Below, one piece after another: positions 19,462 through 27,890 of a stretch of DNA of 64,000 nt; the first letter of the stretch is position 1; the number at the start of each line of letters is the position of its first letter. Below the pieces are notes generated by a model, which was given only the letters and a program-made list of their open reading frames with translations, made no database searches and was not told the DNA's origin. The DNA lies in the NCBI GenBank assembly GCA_046758325.1, contig JBHHZZ010000001.1, forward strand, positions 17,016-81,015, in the 5' to 3' direction. Position numbers and translations under genes: made by a program. Source of the stretch: Thermoplasmata archaeon. Lineage in GTDB: Archaea > Thermoplasmatota > Thermoplasmata > RBG-16-68-12 > JAJISG01.

Positions 19462-19752
19462 CTAGCCCCAGCTTATGACTAGCAGCACAGCGAAGGCCGA
19501 AGCCTCGGCGATGCTGAGGTAGAGCATCGGCAAAGCAACCTCGGGGCCAAAGCCCTGTTCTGACAGTTGGAAGTAGGAGAATATGCCCACAAGGTTCTCC
19601 ACGAGGAATAGGAGCGCGAAGATGAGAAGGCCCAGGGCAAAGGGCGACCTCGCCTTCCTGAAATTCCTCCCATAGACAAACGTCAGGCCGAGGAGCAGGG
19701 CCACACTTATGCTCCCCACGACGATGTCCATGAGCCAAATAGTGCCTACCAT
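19462..19752 (-). CDS. Small 3-TM membrane protein; paralog of the 42397-42678 gene
   Basis: Three hydrophobic helices, 96 aa; alignable with the 42397 ORF. Confidence 0.45.
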   Translation of the reverse strand: MVGTIWLMDIVVGSISVALLLGLTFVYGRNFRKARSPFALGLLIFALLFLVENLVGIFSYFQLSEQGFGPEVALPMLYLSIAEASAFAVLLVISWG

Positions 19753-19801
19753 GAGGGTTCAGCCTCCAGGCCACAGCCGACCATCCTTTCATCCTCCACT
19801 T

Positions 19802-20086
19802 CTACTTTTTCCCAACCTTCTCCCAAATCTCCTCAAACTCCTTCCAGAACCTGAGTATGGTAGGGGTGAGGAAGTATAGGGTTCCGTATTCCTCCCCCTC
19901 GGAAGTCATCACCAGATCGTTCCTCTTCAGCACCTTGAGATGATGCCTCACCGTCTTGTAGTCCACTCCTAGCTCCGACGCGAGGCTGTTGGCGTTGTAG
20001 GGACGCTCCTTCAGGAGTACCAGGATGCGAGCGCGATTGATACCGCCCCCGGTCCCCACGACCAGGTGCCAAAGGAGCTTCTTCAA
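19802..20086 (-). CDS. Winged-helix (ArsR/PadR-like) transcriptional regulator
   Basis: RARILVLLKERPYNANSLASELGVDYKTVRHHLKVLKRNDLV is an HTH plus wing. Confidence 0.6.
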   Translation of the reverse strand: MKKLLWHLVVGTGGGINRARILVLLKERPYNANSLASELGVDYKTVRHHLKVLKRNDLVMTSEGEEYGTLYFLTPTILRFWKEFEEIWEKVGKK

Positions 20087-20199
20087 GGAGATCGAACGGC
20101 CAAGGGCCTCGGATTATTTTACTCTACGCAACTCCAGGGGGTTGAAGAATGTCTACAAGATTGAAACTCCTTTTATAACAGAAGCCCCCTCTCAGGGGC

Positions 20200-20862
20200 A
20201 TGGCCCTGAAGGTTCTACAGATCGCCACCCTGGGTGATGAGGAGGATCCGATCTATGTCGGTATACGAGAGTATCCAATAAGCAAGCTCGTTCTCATCCA
20301 TGAGCCAGAGAAGAGGCTACGGGCGGCTGAGATTACTGGGAAGCTACGGGAGCTCCGCATCCCAGTGGAGAGGAGAGAGGTACAGAATCCTGCCCGGGAC
20401 ATGTATCAGGTCATCAGCTCCATAATCAAGGAGGAGGGGAAGAGGTTTGACGACATTATCATCAACGTCTCCAGCGGGAGGAAGCTGATGACGTGTTCTG
20501 CCATCAGCGCCGCCTTCGTCAACGGCCTCAAGGCCTTTCACGTGGAGGACGACACGCCCATGATGCTTCCAGTGCTGAAGTTCAGCTACAGCGAGGTCAT
20601 CTCGCCGAGCAAGGTCAGCATCCTGAGGGCCCTGGACAGGATGGGCGGCGTTGCCGACTCCCTCAGCGACCTCAGCAAGATATCCGAAGTGGAGAAATCC
20701 CTGCTGAGCTACCATCTGAGAGGTGGTAGGGAGTCGAAGGGGCTAGAGACGCTGGGCCTGGTGGAGATCGACCGTGGCACCCAGGGCAGGCTGCTGATCA
20801 AGCTGACGGAGATGGGTAGGCTCCTCCTCATAGGCCAGGAGGAGGTGGATAGCCCAAGCTGA
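20200..20862 (+). CDS. CARF-domain plus wHTH (Csa3-like) regulator, orphan with no cas genes in the window
   Basis: N-terminal Rossmann-like domain with LQIATLGD (motif 1) and NVSSGRK ([DN]x[ST]xxx[RK], motif 2); C-terminal wHTH ILRALDRMG...LSYHLRGGRE..GLVE. Confidence 0.5.
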   Translation: MALKVLQIATLGDEEDPIYVGIREYPISKLVLIHEPEKRLRAAEITGKLRELRIPVERREVQNPARDMYQVISSIIKEEGKRFDDIIINVSSGRKLMTCSAISAAFVNGLKAFHVEDDTPMMLPVLKFSYSEVISPSKVSILRALDRMGGVADSLSDLSKISEVEKSLLSYHLRGGRESKGLETLGLVEIDRGTQGRLLIKLTEMGRLLLIGQEEVDSPS

Positions 20863-20896
20863 CCGATGGCTTCCCTGGGGTAGGAACATTAAAAGG

Positions 20897-21076
20897 CTAA
20901 TCCTCTACAACTTCCCCGAAGGCCATCCTTCTGAGGACACGGGTGATCTTAATCTTCACCCTGTCCCCAATCTTGGTACCAGGAACAAAGACGACGAAGT
21001 TCTCAATCCTAGCGAGGCCGTCTCCTTCCCTTCCCAGATCCTCGATTGTGGCCTCATAGACCTTACCTTCCTCCAC
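20897..21076 (-). CDS. TRAM-domain small protein (59 aa), absent from the ORF track
   Basis: Reverse-strand translation M(GTG)EEGKVYEATIEDLGREGDGLARIENFVVFVPGTKIGDRVKIKITRVLRRMAFGEVVED is a classic TRAM fold. Confidence 0.55.
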   Translation of the reverse strand: MEEGKVYEATIEDLGREGDGLARIENFVVFVPGTKIGDRVKIKITRVLRRMAFGEVVED

Positions 21077-21271
21077 AGGGGCTTGGTATGGTCCAGAGCC
21101 GAATCCTCTATTCAGTAGCTCAACTCCCGCGATGGTATCGCACCATCAAGATTTGGTGCCATGTATTTAAAATCTTTGAACTGAGAACTCTGAGACGCTG
21201 CTCGATGAGAGGTGCAGACGCTCAAATCCACGGCTCTATCTTTAAATCGTAGTCTCCTCTACTCAAAGGTG

Positions 21272-23401
21272 ATGGCCAAGATATTCCTGGGCGTTGCCTG
21301 GCCCTATGCCAGCGGACCGAGGCATATAGGACATGCAGCGGGTGCATACATCCCCGCGGACATCTTCGCCCGCTACCACCGCATGGCAGGGAACGAGGTC
21401 CTCATGGTGAGCGGTAGCGACATGCACGGCACTCCAACGACGGTGAGGGCAGACGAGGAGGGCGTCCCGCCTGACGTAGTCGCCGAGCGATATCACGCCC
21501 TCCATACAAAGAACTTCGACGAACTCGGCATATCGTTCGACCTATACTGGAAGACTTCAGCCTCCGCCCACAAGGCCGTCGTGCAGGACGTCTTCCTTCG
21601 GCTCATGGAGAAGGGCCATGTTTACGAGGATACCATGGAGGCGTCCTGGTGTCCCACATGCGAGAAATTTCGACCCGATCGCTACATCGAGGGTGAATGT
21701 CCCCACTGCCACTTCTCGCGCAGCCGCGGCGATCAGTGCGAGGAGTGCGGTCGGATGCTCGACCCCTTTGACCTGATCCAGCCCCGCTGCAAGGTCTGTG
21801 GGGAACCCGTCGAGCGGCGCGAAACCCGTCACTTATTCTTTCGACTGAGCGGCTTCCAGAAGTCAATCAAGGACTGGCTGAAGACAAAGGGCCACTGGAG
21901 ACCACACGTCCTTCACTTCACCCTGGCGTGGCTGGAGGAGGGTCTCAGGGACCGGCCCGTGACTCGGGACATTGACTGGGGAATCGAGATTCCCCTGGAG
22001 GGCTACGATTCGAAGAGGATTTACGTTTGGTTTGAGGCTGTCATGGGCTACCTAACCGCCAGCATGGAGTGGGCCCGATGCCGCGGCGAGGAGGATCTGT
22101 GGAAGTCGTGGTGGTTAGACTCCGACGCCCGTCACTACTACTTCGTAGGCAAGGACAACATCGTGTTTCATACGATAATCTGGCCCGCGATCCTCATGGG
22201 ATACGACGAGGAACTTGGACTTCCTTACGATGTACCAGCGAACCAATACATGAACTTCGGAGGCGAGAGGATGTCTACCGGGCGCGGAGTGGGGGTGTGG
22301 CTTCAGGACCTCCTGGAGGCCTTCGAACCGGATACCTTGCGGTACTACGTCAGCGCGGCCATGCCGGAGAACAGAGACTCTGAGTTTTCCTTCGAGGAAC
22401 TCGAACGCCGGACAAACACGGAACTCGTCGCAGTCTACGGTAACCTCGTCCACAGGGTCCTCACCTTCACGTACAAGAACTTCGGAAAGGTGCCACCGAC
22501 CATCGACCTAGCAGAGGAAGATGAGTCCTTGTTGAGGGAGATGAGGGAGAGGTGGAGGAAAGCGGGACAGAACCTGGAGTATTGCCACTTCAAGGACGCC
22601 CTGAAGGAGGTAATGCAGCTGGCCCGCCGGGGAAACCAGTATTTCGACGGTAAGGCCCCCTGGGACCTGATCAAGGAGAACCGGGAAGCCTGCGGAACCG
22701 CACTGCACGTCTCCCTGAGACTGGTGAAAGCCCTGGCCATTCTGACGGCTCCCTTCTTGCCCTTCTCCGCTGACAGACTCTGGAGAATGCTAGGGTATGA
22801 GGGAAGTGTGCACAATGTATCCTGGGAGGAGGCCCTGGAGGACGTGCCTACGGGTCAGACCCTGGTCCCGCCGCGACCCTTGTTCAGGAGGATAGAGGCC
22901 GCAGGGGCTACTGTGGAGGAGGAGGCCCAAAGACTGGACATTAGGGTCGGGCGTGTCGTCAAGGTAGAGAATCATCCCAGGGCCGACAAACTCTACCTAG
23001 TAGAGGTGGACCTCGGGACGGAGCGGAGGAGGCTCGTGGTGGGCATCAGACAGGAGTACAAGACCTCCGAGATTGAGGGTAGGAGCATCGTCGTCCTCTG
23101 TAACCTCAAGCCCGCTACCTTCAGGGGAATCAAGTCCGAGGGCATGCTCCTGGCCGCCGTCGAGGGGGACGTCATATCCATCCTGCTGGCAGGGAATGCA
23201 GCCCCCGGAACCCAGGTCCTGGGTAGCCCTGAGGCGCCCGAAATCTCCTTCGAGGAGTTCAGAAAGCTGAAGATTCGGACGGATGAGGAAGGGAGGGTGC
23301 ACTTCTACGGGACCGCCGACGGCGAGGGTGTACCATTGAGGGCGGGCGATGAGTTCATAAAGGTCGACCGACCCGTCCAGTCAGGCTCCGAGGTAACCTG
23401 A
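21272..23401 (+). CDS. metG: Methionyl-tRNA synthetase with C-terminal EMAP/Trbp111-like tRNA-binding domain
   Basis: Begins MAKIF; PYASGPRHIGHAAG (HIGH motif), zinc knuckle CPTCEKF..CPHC, C-terminal RVGRVVKVENHP. Confidence 0.85.
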   Translation: MAKIFLGVAWPYASGPRHIGHAAGAYIPADIFARYHRMAGNEVLMVSGSDMHGTPTTVRADEEGVPPDVVAERYHALHTKNFDELGISFDLYWKTSASAHKAVVQDVFLRLMEKGHVYEDTMEASWCPTCEKFRPDRYIEGECPHCHFSRSRGDQCEECGRMLDPFDLIQPRCKVCGEPVERRETRHLFFRLSGFQKSIKDWLKTKGHWRPHVLHFTLAWLEEGLRDRPVTRDIDWGIEIPLEGYDSKRIYVWFEAVMGYLTASMEWARCRGEEDLWKSWWLDSDARHYYFVGKDNIVFHTIIWPAILMGYDEELGLPYDVPANQYMNFGGERMSTGRGVGVWLQDLLEAFEPDTLRYYVSAAMPENRDSEFSFEELERRTNTELVAVYGNLVHRVLTFTYKNFGKVPPTIDLAEEDESLLREMRERWRKAGQNLEYCHFKDALKEVMQLARRGNQYFDGKAPWDLIKENREACGTALHVSLRLVKALAILTAPFLPFSADRLWRMLGYEGSVHNVSWEEALEDVPTGQTLVPPRPLFRRIEAAGATVEEEAQRLDIRVGRVVKVENHPRADKLYLVEVDLGTERRRLVVGIRQEYKTSEIEGRSIVVLCNLKPATFRGIKSEGMLLAAVEGDVISILLAGNAAPGTQVLGSPEAPEISFEEFRKLKIRTDEEGRVHFYGTADGEGVPLRAGDEFIKVDRPVQSGSEVT

Positions 23402-24070
23402 ATGTTGAGGCTGGACCTCCACGTTCACAGTAAGTACTCGCCGGACAGTTCCTGCGAGGTGAGGGACATCCTGAGGGGTGCCACCGCTAGGGATCTCCAC
23501 GGGGTCTCCATCACGGATCACCATTCCCTGAAGGGGAGCCTCAAGGCGCTGGAGATGGCGAGAGAGGAAGGCATCATTCTCGTCCGGGGGATGGAGGTCT
23601 CCTCCCGGAATGGACACATCCTTGCCTACGGCCTGGAGGAGGAGATTCCTGAAGGCCTCAGTGCCGAGGAGACTGTGGAGAGGATTACGGAGTCCGGGGC
23701 TTTCGCCGTGGCAGCCCATCCCTACCGCTTCTGGTCCGGCCTGGGGGAGGACGTCATAAGAGGGGCTCGCTTCCAAGGCCTGGAGGTCCGGAACGCCAGA
23801 TCCGTCGTCGGCCACAACCGGAGGTCCGAGAGCCTGGCCCTGGAGCTGGGGCTGCCCGCGACGGCAGGTAGCGATGCCCACGCCACTTCCGAAATAGGCA
23901 GGGCCGTCGTCCTGCTCCCAGATGGGCTGGATAGCGAGGAGGAGGTGCTTCTGGCCCTGCGGAAGGGCCTGGGCAGGACGGCGGGGGTGAGCAGGGACAC
24001 CGTCAGGACCCTTCGATACGTGGCCAAGTGTGTGGGCGGGTGGTTCTTGCGGGGATTCAAGAAGATCTAG
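23402..24070 (+). CDS. PHP-domain metal-dependent phosphoesterase
   Basis: LDLHVHSKYSPDS...ITDHH...AAHPYR...GSDAH; the ATG abuts the metG stop. Confidence 0.6.
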   Translation: MLRLDLHVHSKYSPDSSCEVRDILRGATARDLHGVSITDHHSLKGSLKALEMAREEGIILVRGMEVSSRNGHILAYGLEEEIPEGLSAEETVERITESGAFAVAAHPYRFWSGLGEDVIRGARFQGLEVRNARSVVGHNRRSESLALELGLPATAGSDAHATSEIGRAVVLLPDGLDSEEEVLLALRKGLGRTAGVSRDTVRTLRYVAKCVGGWFLRGFKKI

Positions 24071-24430
24071 TCAGAGGTACTCCTGGAGGCGGTCCGAGTA
24101 GGCGATCAGGGAATCCTTCAGACGACTCACTCTCACCTCCCTGGAGACTCTCAGGACGAAGAGCGCCTTCGGCCCGTCCGCTATGACCACCACCTTGGAG
24201 TTCTCCAGATTCACTACTACACTGGACAGCTGCTCCCTGAGCTCAGCCGTAGCCGTATCGGCCGCCCCAAGCAGCACCGCGAACATGCTGGCGTACGTCT
24301 CGGCGTGGACCTCGGACGGCAGCTTACCAGCGATGTACATGCCGGATCTGGATACCAGAATGGCCTCGTTGACCCCCTCGAGGGACTCGATATCCCGGAG
24401 GATTTCCTCGATCTTGGCACTGTCGGCCAT
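24071..24430 (-). CDS. Roadblock/LC7 (MglB-like) domain protein
   Basis: LEGVNEAILVSRSGMYIAG...VVVIADGPKALFVL matches the roadblock fold pattern. Confidence 0.55.
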   Translation of the reverse strand: MADSAKIEEILRDIESLEGVNEAILVSRSGMYIAGKLPSEVHAETYASMFAVLLGAADTATAELREQLSSVVVNLENSKVVVIADGPKALFVLRVSREVRVSRLKDSLIAYSDRLQEYL

Positions 24431-24492
24431 GGGTCCACACCTACATCCCGAGGGAGTCGGTCCCTTCCTTATTGAGGGTATCCATATAACCT

Positions 24493-24924
24493 TTATCGGG
24501 AGGAGGGTCGGCCAGAGAGCTGCTTCACGGCCTTCAGGAGCTTTGCCACGCTCTCCACAGCTTCCCTTGCCTTCTCAACCCGGTCGAGGGCTTGGAGCTT
24601 GGTCTCTCCATGGCCCGATATGCCCAGGCCGATGGGCTTCTCGTACTCCACCGCCAGGTCGGCAATCTTCCGCGCCGTGTGCTGCATCACCACCTCATCG
24701 TGCTTCGTCTCCCCCTCGATAACGGCGCCGATGGCGACCAGGGCGTCGATGTCCTTCCTCTGTGCCAGCTTCTTCAGAATCAACGGCATGTCATAGACAC
24801 CGGGCACCTTCACGATCTCCTTGACCGTCATACCGAGAAAGGCCGCATGGTCCTTGGCCCTCTCCAGCATGACAAATGTCACGTCCGCGTTGAACTCACT
24901 AACCACAATTCCCAGATTCGGCAT
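24493..24924 (-). CDS. ribH: 6,7-dimethyl-8-ribityllumazine synthase
   Basis: MPNLGIVVSEFNADVT... Confidence 0.8.
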   Translation of the reverse strand: MPNLGIVVSEFNADVTFVMLERAKDHAAFLGMTVKEIVKVPGVYDMPLILKKLAQRKDIDALVAIGAVIEGETKHDEVVMQHTARKIADLAVEYEKPIGLGISGHGETKLQALDRVEKAREAVESVAKLLKAVKQLSGRPSSR

Positions 24925-24933
24925 CCAAAGCAC

Positions 24934-25416
24934 CTACCTGTAGGAGGACTTGAGCGGACCCACATCCTTGAAGCCCTCCCTCAAGCCCATGCCAGCGTTC
25001 TTCCTCAACACTTGGGGCCGGAAGAGGAGATGATAAGCGTTCCGAGCGTGTTCCCGGGCCCTCCTCTCTGCAAGCCAGGCCAGCTCCTTCGCATCCGCCG
25101 CCTCGTCCTCATACACGAAGACGCCCAATATGGGAGCGTTGGCGGAAATCTGAGCCTCCTGCAGGCCGATGTCGGCCACCAGGGCGCTCTGTTTATCCAC
25201 CGGCAGCGGCCCCGGCATCCCCATGGCAAGGACCAAGTCGCATCCATCTTCCTCGATGAGCCGTTTGCAGGCTAGGGGGAGGTCCTTGATCCCAGGAACG
25301 GTCCGCCTTACGACCTTGAAGCCCGTGCCCATTCCCTTCAGCTCGGCCTCCGCCGCCCGTCCCATGTCGTAGCGGGCGAAGGTGGTGTCGGCAATCCCGA
25401 TGCGTCGCAGGCTCAC
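24934..25416 (-). CDS. ribC: Archaeal-type riboflavin synthase
   Basis: IGIADTTFARYDMG...VPGIKDLPLACKRL...ALGMPG...LAWLAERRAREHARNAYHLLF closely parallels MJ1184-type RibC. Confidence 0.75.
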   Translation of the reverse strand: MSLRRIGIADTTFARYDMGRAAEAELKGMGTGFKVVRRTVPGIKDLPLACKRLIEEDGCDLVLAMGMPGPLPVDKQSALVADIGLQEAQISANAPILGVFVYEDEAADAKELAWLAERRAREHARNAYHLLFRPQVLRKNAGMGLREGFKDVGPLKSSYR

Positions 25417-25880
25417 TCCTCCGATGTCGGGCTGCCTTCGATCCTCTCCAGCCTCTTCTGAAAGGACCAGAGGCTAATCACCTTGTTGATTATCTTGGTC
25501 GTTCCATCAAGGTCCCCCTCCAGTCTCCCAAGGCGGACCACCTTGACGTCGACCCCTCGCTTCCTGCACTGCGCTTCGATATCCTTGGGGTCGAAGGCCT
25601 GATCCCAGCCCAGGGTTATGATGTCGGGCCGCACGTCCTCGACCGTCCTATATATGTCCCTCTCATGGCCCAGGATGGCCCTGTCCACGGGCTTCAGAGC
25701 GTCCACCAGCTCCCTCCTCATCTCCTCCGGGGTCACCGGTTCGTGCTTCATCCTCCTCACCGTAGAATCCCTGGCCACGACCACCACTAGCTCGTCTCCC
25801 AGTTCCTTGGCTTGTCTAAGATAGTGAAGGTGCCCTAGGTGGAGGATATCGAAGACTCCTGTAGCCATGACCCTGACCAT
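25413..25880 (-). CDS. ribL: Archaeal FAD synthetase (cytidylyltransferase-like)
   Basis: VMATGVFDILHLGHLHYLRQAKELGDELVVVVARD. Confidence 0.7.
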   Translation of the reverse strand: MVRVMATGVFDILHLGHLHYLRQAKELGDELVVVVARDSTVRRMKHEPVTPEEMRRELVDALKPVDRAILGHERDIYRTVEDVRPDIITLGWDQAFDPKDIEAQCRKRGVDVKVVRLGRLEGDLDGTTKIINKVISLWSFQKRLERIEGSPTSEE

Positions 25881-26566
25881 TTCCGCCAAGCCTCGAGGAT
25901 TTTCTCCCCTTCGATGAAGACCAGATTGCGAGCTCTTGCATATTTCTTTGCATCTTCCTTCCTCAAGGCTCCTCCATCGTCGCTCATCATCTCGCACAAC
26001 GTGGCGGATGGGATGAGATCCGCCATGATGGACAGGGCGGTGGCGAGCTCCGTGTGGCCTTTCCTGGCCTCCAGGACGGGCTCGGCGGCGATGAGCAGAT
26101 GCACATGTCCCGGTGACCTGAACTCCCTCGCGAAGAGCTCCCTGGCCCAGCCATCATCGGTCCCCTGAGCCTCGTGACACACCACGGCCAGGGTAGAGAT
26201 GGTAAGGGCTCTGTCCCTGTCCGTGATCCCAGTGTACGTCTCGCGGTGGTTGACCGTCAGGCTGAAGGCGGACCGAGCATCGTAGGGTGGAGCACCCCTC
26301 AGGAGCCCTTCCAGCACGGGATAGACTGGAGAGAGCTTCTCCAGGGCCTCCTCGAGCAAGGGTAGGCCCAAGCTGCTCGCAACAGAGCTCGGCAGGGTCG
26401 TGCAGATGAGGCCGCCGGCCTCCCGCCTCATGGTCCTGACGACCTTCGGCGTGACGAACTGAGAGCAAATCACCAAGTCAGTTTCCTCCTCCCTGCCGTC
26501 AGCATCATATACTAGGACCAACCTCCCTCTTCTGAGAGCTTCCAGTGCCTGCTCAATGGAGCTCAT
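25835..26566 (-). CDS. ribB: 3,4-dihydroxy-2-butanone 4-phosphate synthase
   Basis: MSSIEQALEALRRGRLVLVYDADGREEETDLVI; start at the internal Met of the listed ORF. Confidence 0.8.
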   Translation of the reverse strand: MSSIEQALEALRRGRLVLVYDADGREEETDLVICSQFVTPKVVRTMRREAGGLICTTLPSSVASSLGLPLLEEALEKLSPVYPVLEGLLRGAPPYDARSAFSLTVNHRETYTGITDRDRALTISTLAVVCHEAQGTDDGWARELFAREFRSPGHVHLLIAAEPVLEARKGHTELATALSIMADLIPSATLCEMMSDDGGALRKEDAKKYARARNLVFIEGEKILEAWRKWSGSWLQESSISST

Positions 26567-26668
26567 GGTTGGGCACGACGACGGTTCCTCTAATAATATT
26601 TTTGTAATTACCAGCAATATGGTTGATTCGCACCATAACCCTTTGTAAGCACCGTCCAATGACCAGAC

Positions 26669-27715
26669 GTGCTGGACGACCCCCGGAGGATAGCACAGGT
26701 TGACAGCAAGGGCATGATCGGTATTCTCTCCTCCCTCCCGGAGCAGCTGGAGGAGGGGCTCGGCCTCTGTAGTAACCTGAGAATTGAACCTCCAAGGCAT
26801 GGCCGCATCGTCGTTGCAGGGATGGGGGGCTCCGCCATTGCGGGGGACATAACGGCGGCGGTGGCCCATCAGACAACTGAGCAGGAGGTCCTGGTAGTCA
26901 GAGGTTACGGACTCCCTCCCTTTGTCGGTCCCGAGGACCTTCTGATCTTCATCAGCTACTCGGGAGACACGCAGGAAACTCTCTCGATGTATGGAGAGGG
27001 ACTGAGGAGGGACTGTCGCTGCCTGACCGTCAGCTCAGGGGGCGAGCTCCGAGAAATAGCGTCATCACGAGGGGACCCCCACGTGAGGGTGCCCCGAGGC
27101 CTCCCGCCCCGAGGCGCCTTGGGGTATCTGCTCGCGGCCCCTCTAACCGTCCTCTCCACCACCTCCCCCTCACTGAGGGAGGGGATGACGAAAGCCATCG
27201 ATCATCTCAGCAGGGTGCGAGAGGGGTGGACACCGGCGGCCCCCACTGCTGAGAACCGAGCGAAGCAGCTGGCCCTGGCCCTCCAGGACAAGACGCCGAT
27301 CGTATACGCCCCGTCGAGCCTCCAATGCGTCGCCAGGCGCTGGCAGACACAACTCAACGAGAACGCCAAGGTGGTGGCATGGAACAGCGCTCTTCCAGAG
27401 GCCAGCCACAACGAGATTGTGGGCTGGGTGGAGGACCCCCAGGCATCGCGCTTCATGCCCATCGTCCTCATCGGTCCAAAGGACGGGTCAGAAGAAGTCC
27501 ATATCGATGAGGTGGTGAGACTGCTCAGAGAGAATGTGGAGGTCCAGACGGTGCGCTCCTCGGAACGGGGAATCCTTTCTCATCTCCTGGAGTTCATCCT
27601 CCTCGGAGATTTCGTGAGCGTCTATCTCGCGGTCCTGAGGGGAGTCGACCCCCTCCCCGTCACGCCGATTGACCGTCTCAAGAGGGCCATCAGGTCCCGG
27701 TCGGGCGAACCCTGA
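26669..27715 (+). CDS. Bifunctional phosphoglucose/phosphomannose isomerase (SIS domain)
   Basis: IVVAGMGGSAIAGD...FISYSGDTQETL. Confidence 0.7.
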   Translation: MLDDPRRIAQVDSKGMIGILSSLPEQLEEGLGLCSNLRIEPPRHGRIVVAGMGGSAIAGDITAAVAHQTTEQEVLVVRGYGLPPFVGPEDLLIFISYSGDTQETLSMYGEGLRRDCRCLTVSSGGELREIASSRGDPHVRVPRGLPPRGALGYLLAAPLTVLSTTSPSLREGMTKAIDHLSRVREGWTPAAPTAENRAKQLALALQDKTPIVYAPSSLQCVARRWQTQLNENAKVVAWNSALPEASHNEIVGWVEDPQASRFMPIVLIGPKDGSEEVHIDEVVRLLRENVEVQTVRSSERGILSHLLEFILLGDFVSVYLAVLRGVDPLPVTPIDRLKRAIRSRSGEP

Positions 27716-27731
27716 CTAGAAGAGCGGTAAG

Positions 27732-27830
27732 CGCCGAGGGGGAGATTTGAACTCCCGAGGCGGTTGCCCGCCACGAGCTCTCCAGGGGTTCTCTCCAGGC
27801 TCGCGCCCTACCGGACTAGGCGACCTCGGC
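27732..27830 (-). tRNA. tRNA-Ser (anticodon GGA) with a putative 13-nt intron in the anticodon loop; no encoded CCA
   Basis: Minus-strand cloverleaf: GCCGAGG acceptor; D-arm GCCT/GGGC; anticodon stem CGAGC/GCTCG enclosing CTGGAGAGAACCCCTGGAGA (duplicated heptamer CTGGAGA); long variable arm GGCGG-GCAA-CCGCC; T-arm GGGAG-TTCAAAT-CTCCC; acceptor 3' CCTCGGC-G. Confidence 0.55.
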
Positions 27831-27890
27831 CCTTTCAGCCATGTCTGAGATGAAAATGGAGTTCCTACTCATTAAACCTACCGCGGTGGC

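Noticed and set aside
21046-21252. Listed 68-aa plus-strand ORF
   Set aside because: The minus strand at the same place encodes a canonical TRAM protein; the plus ORF has no features
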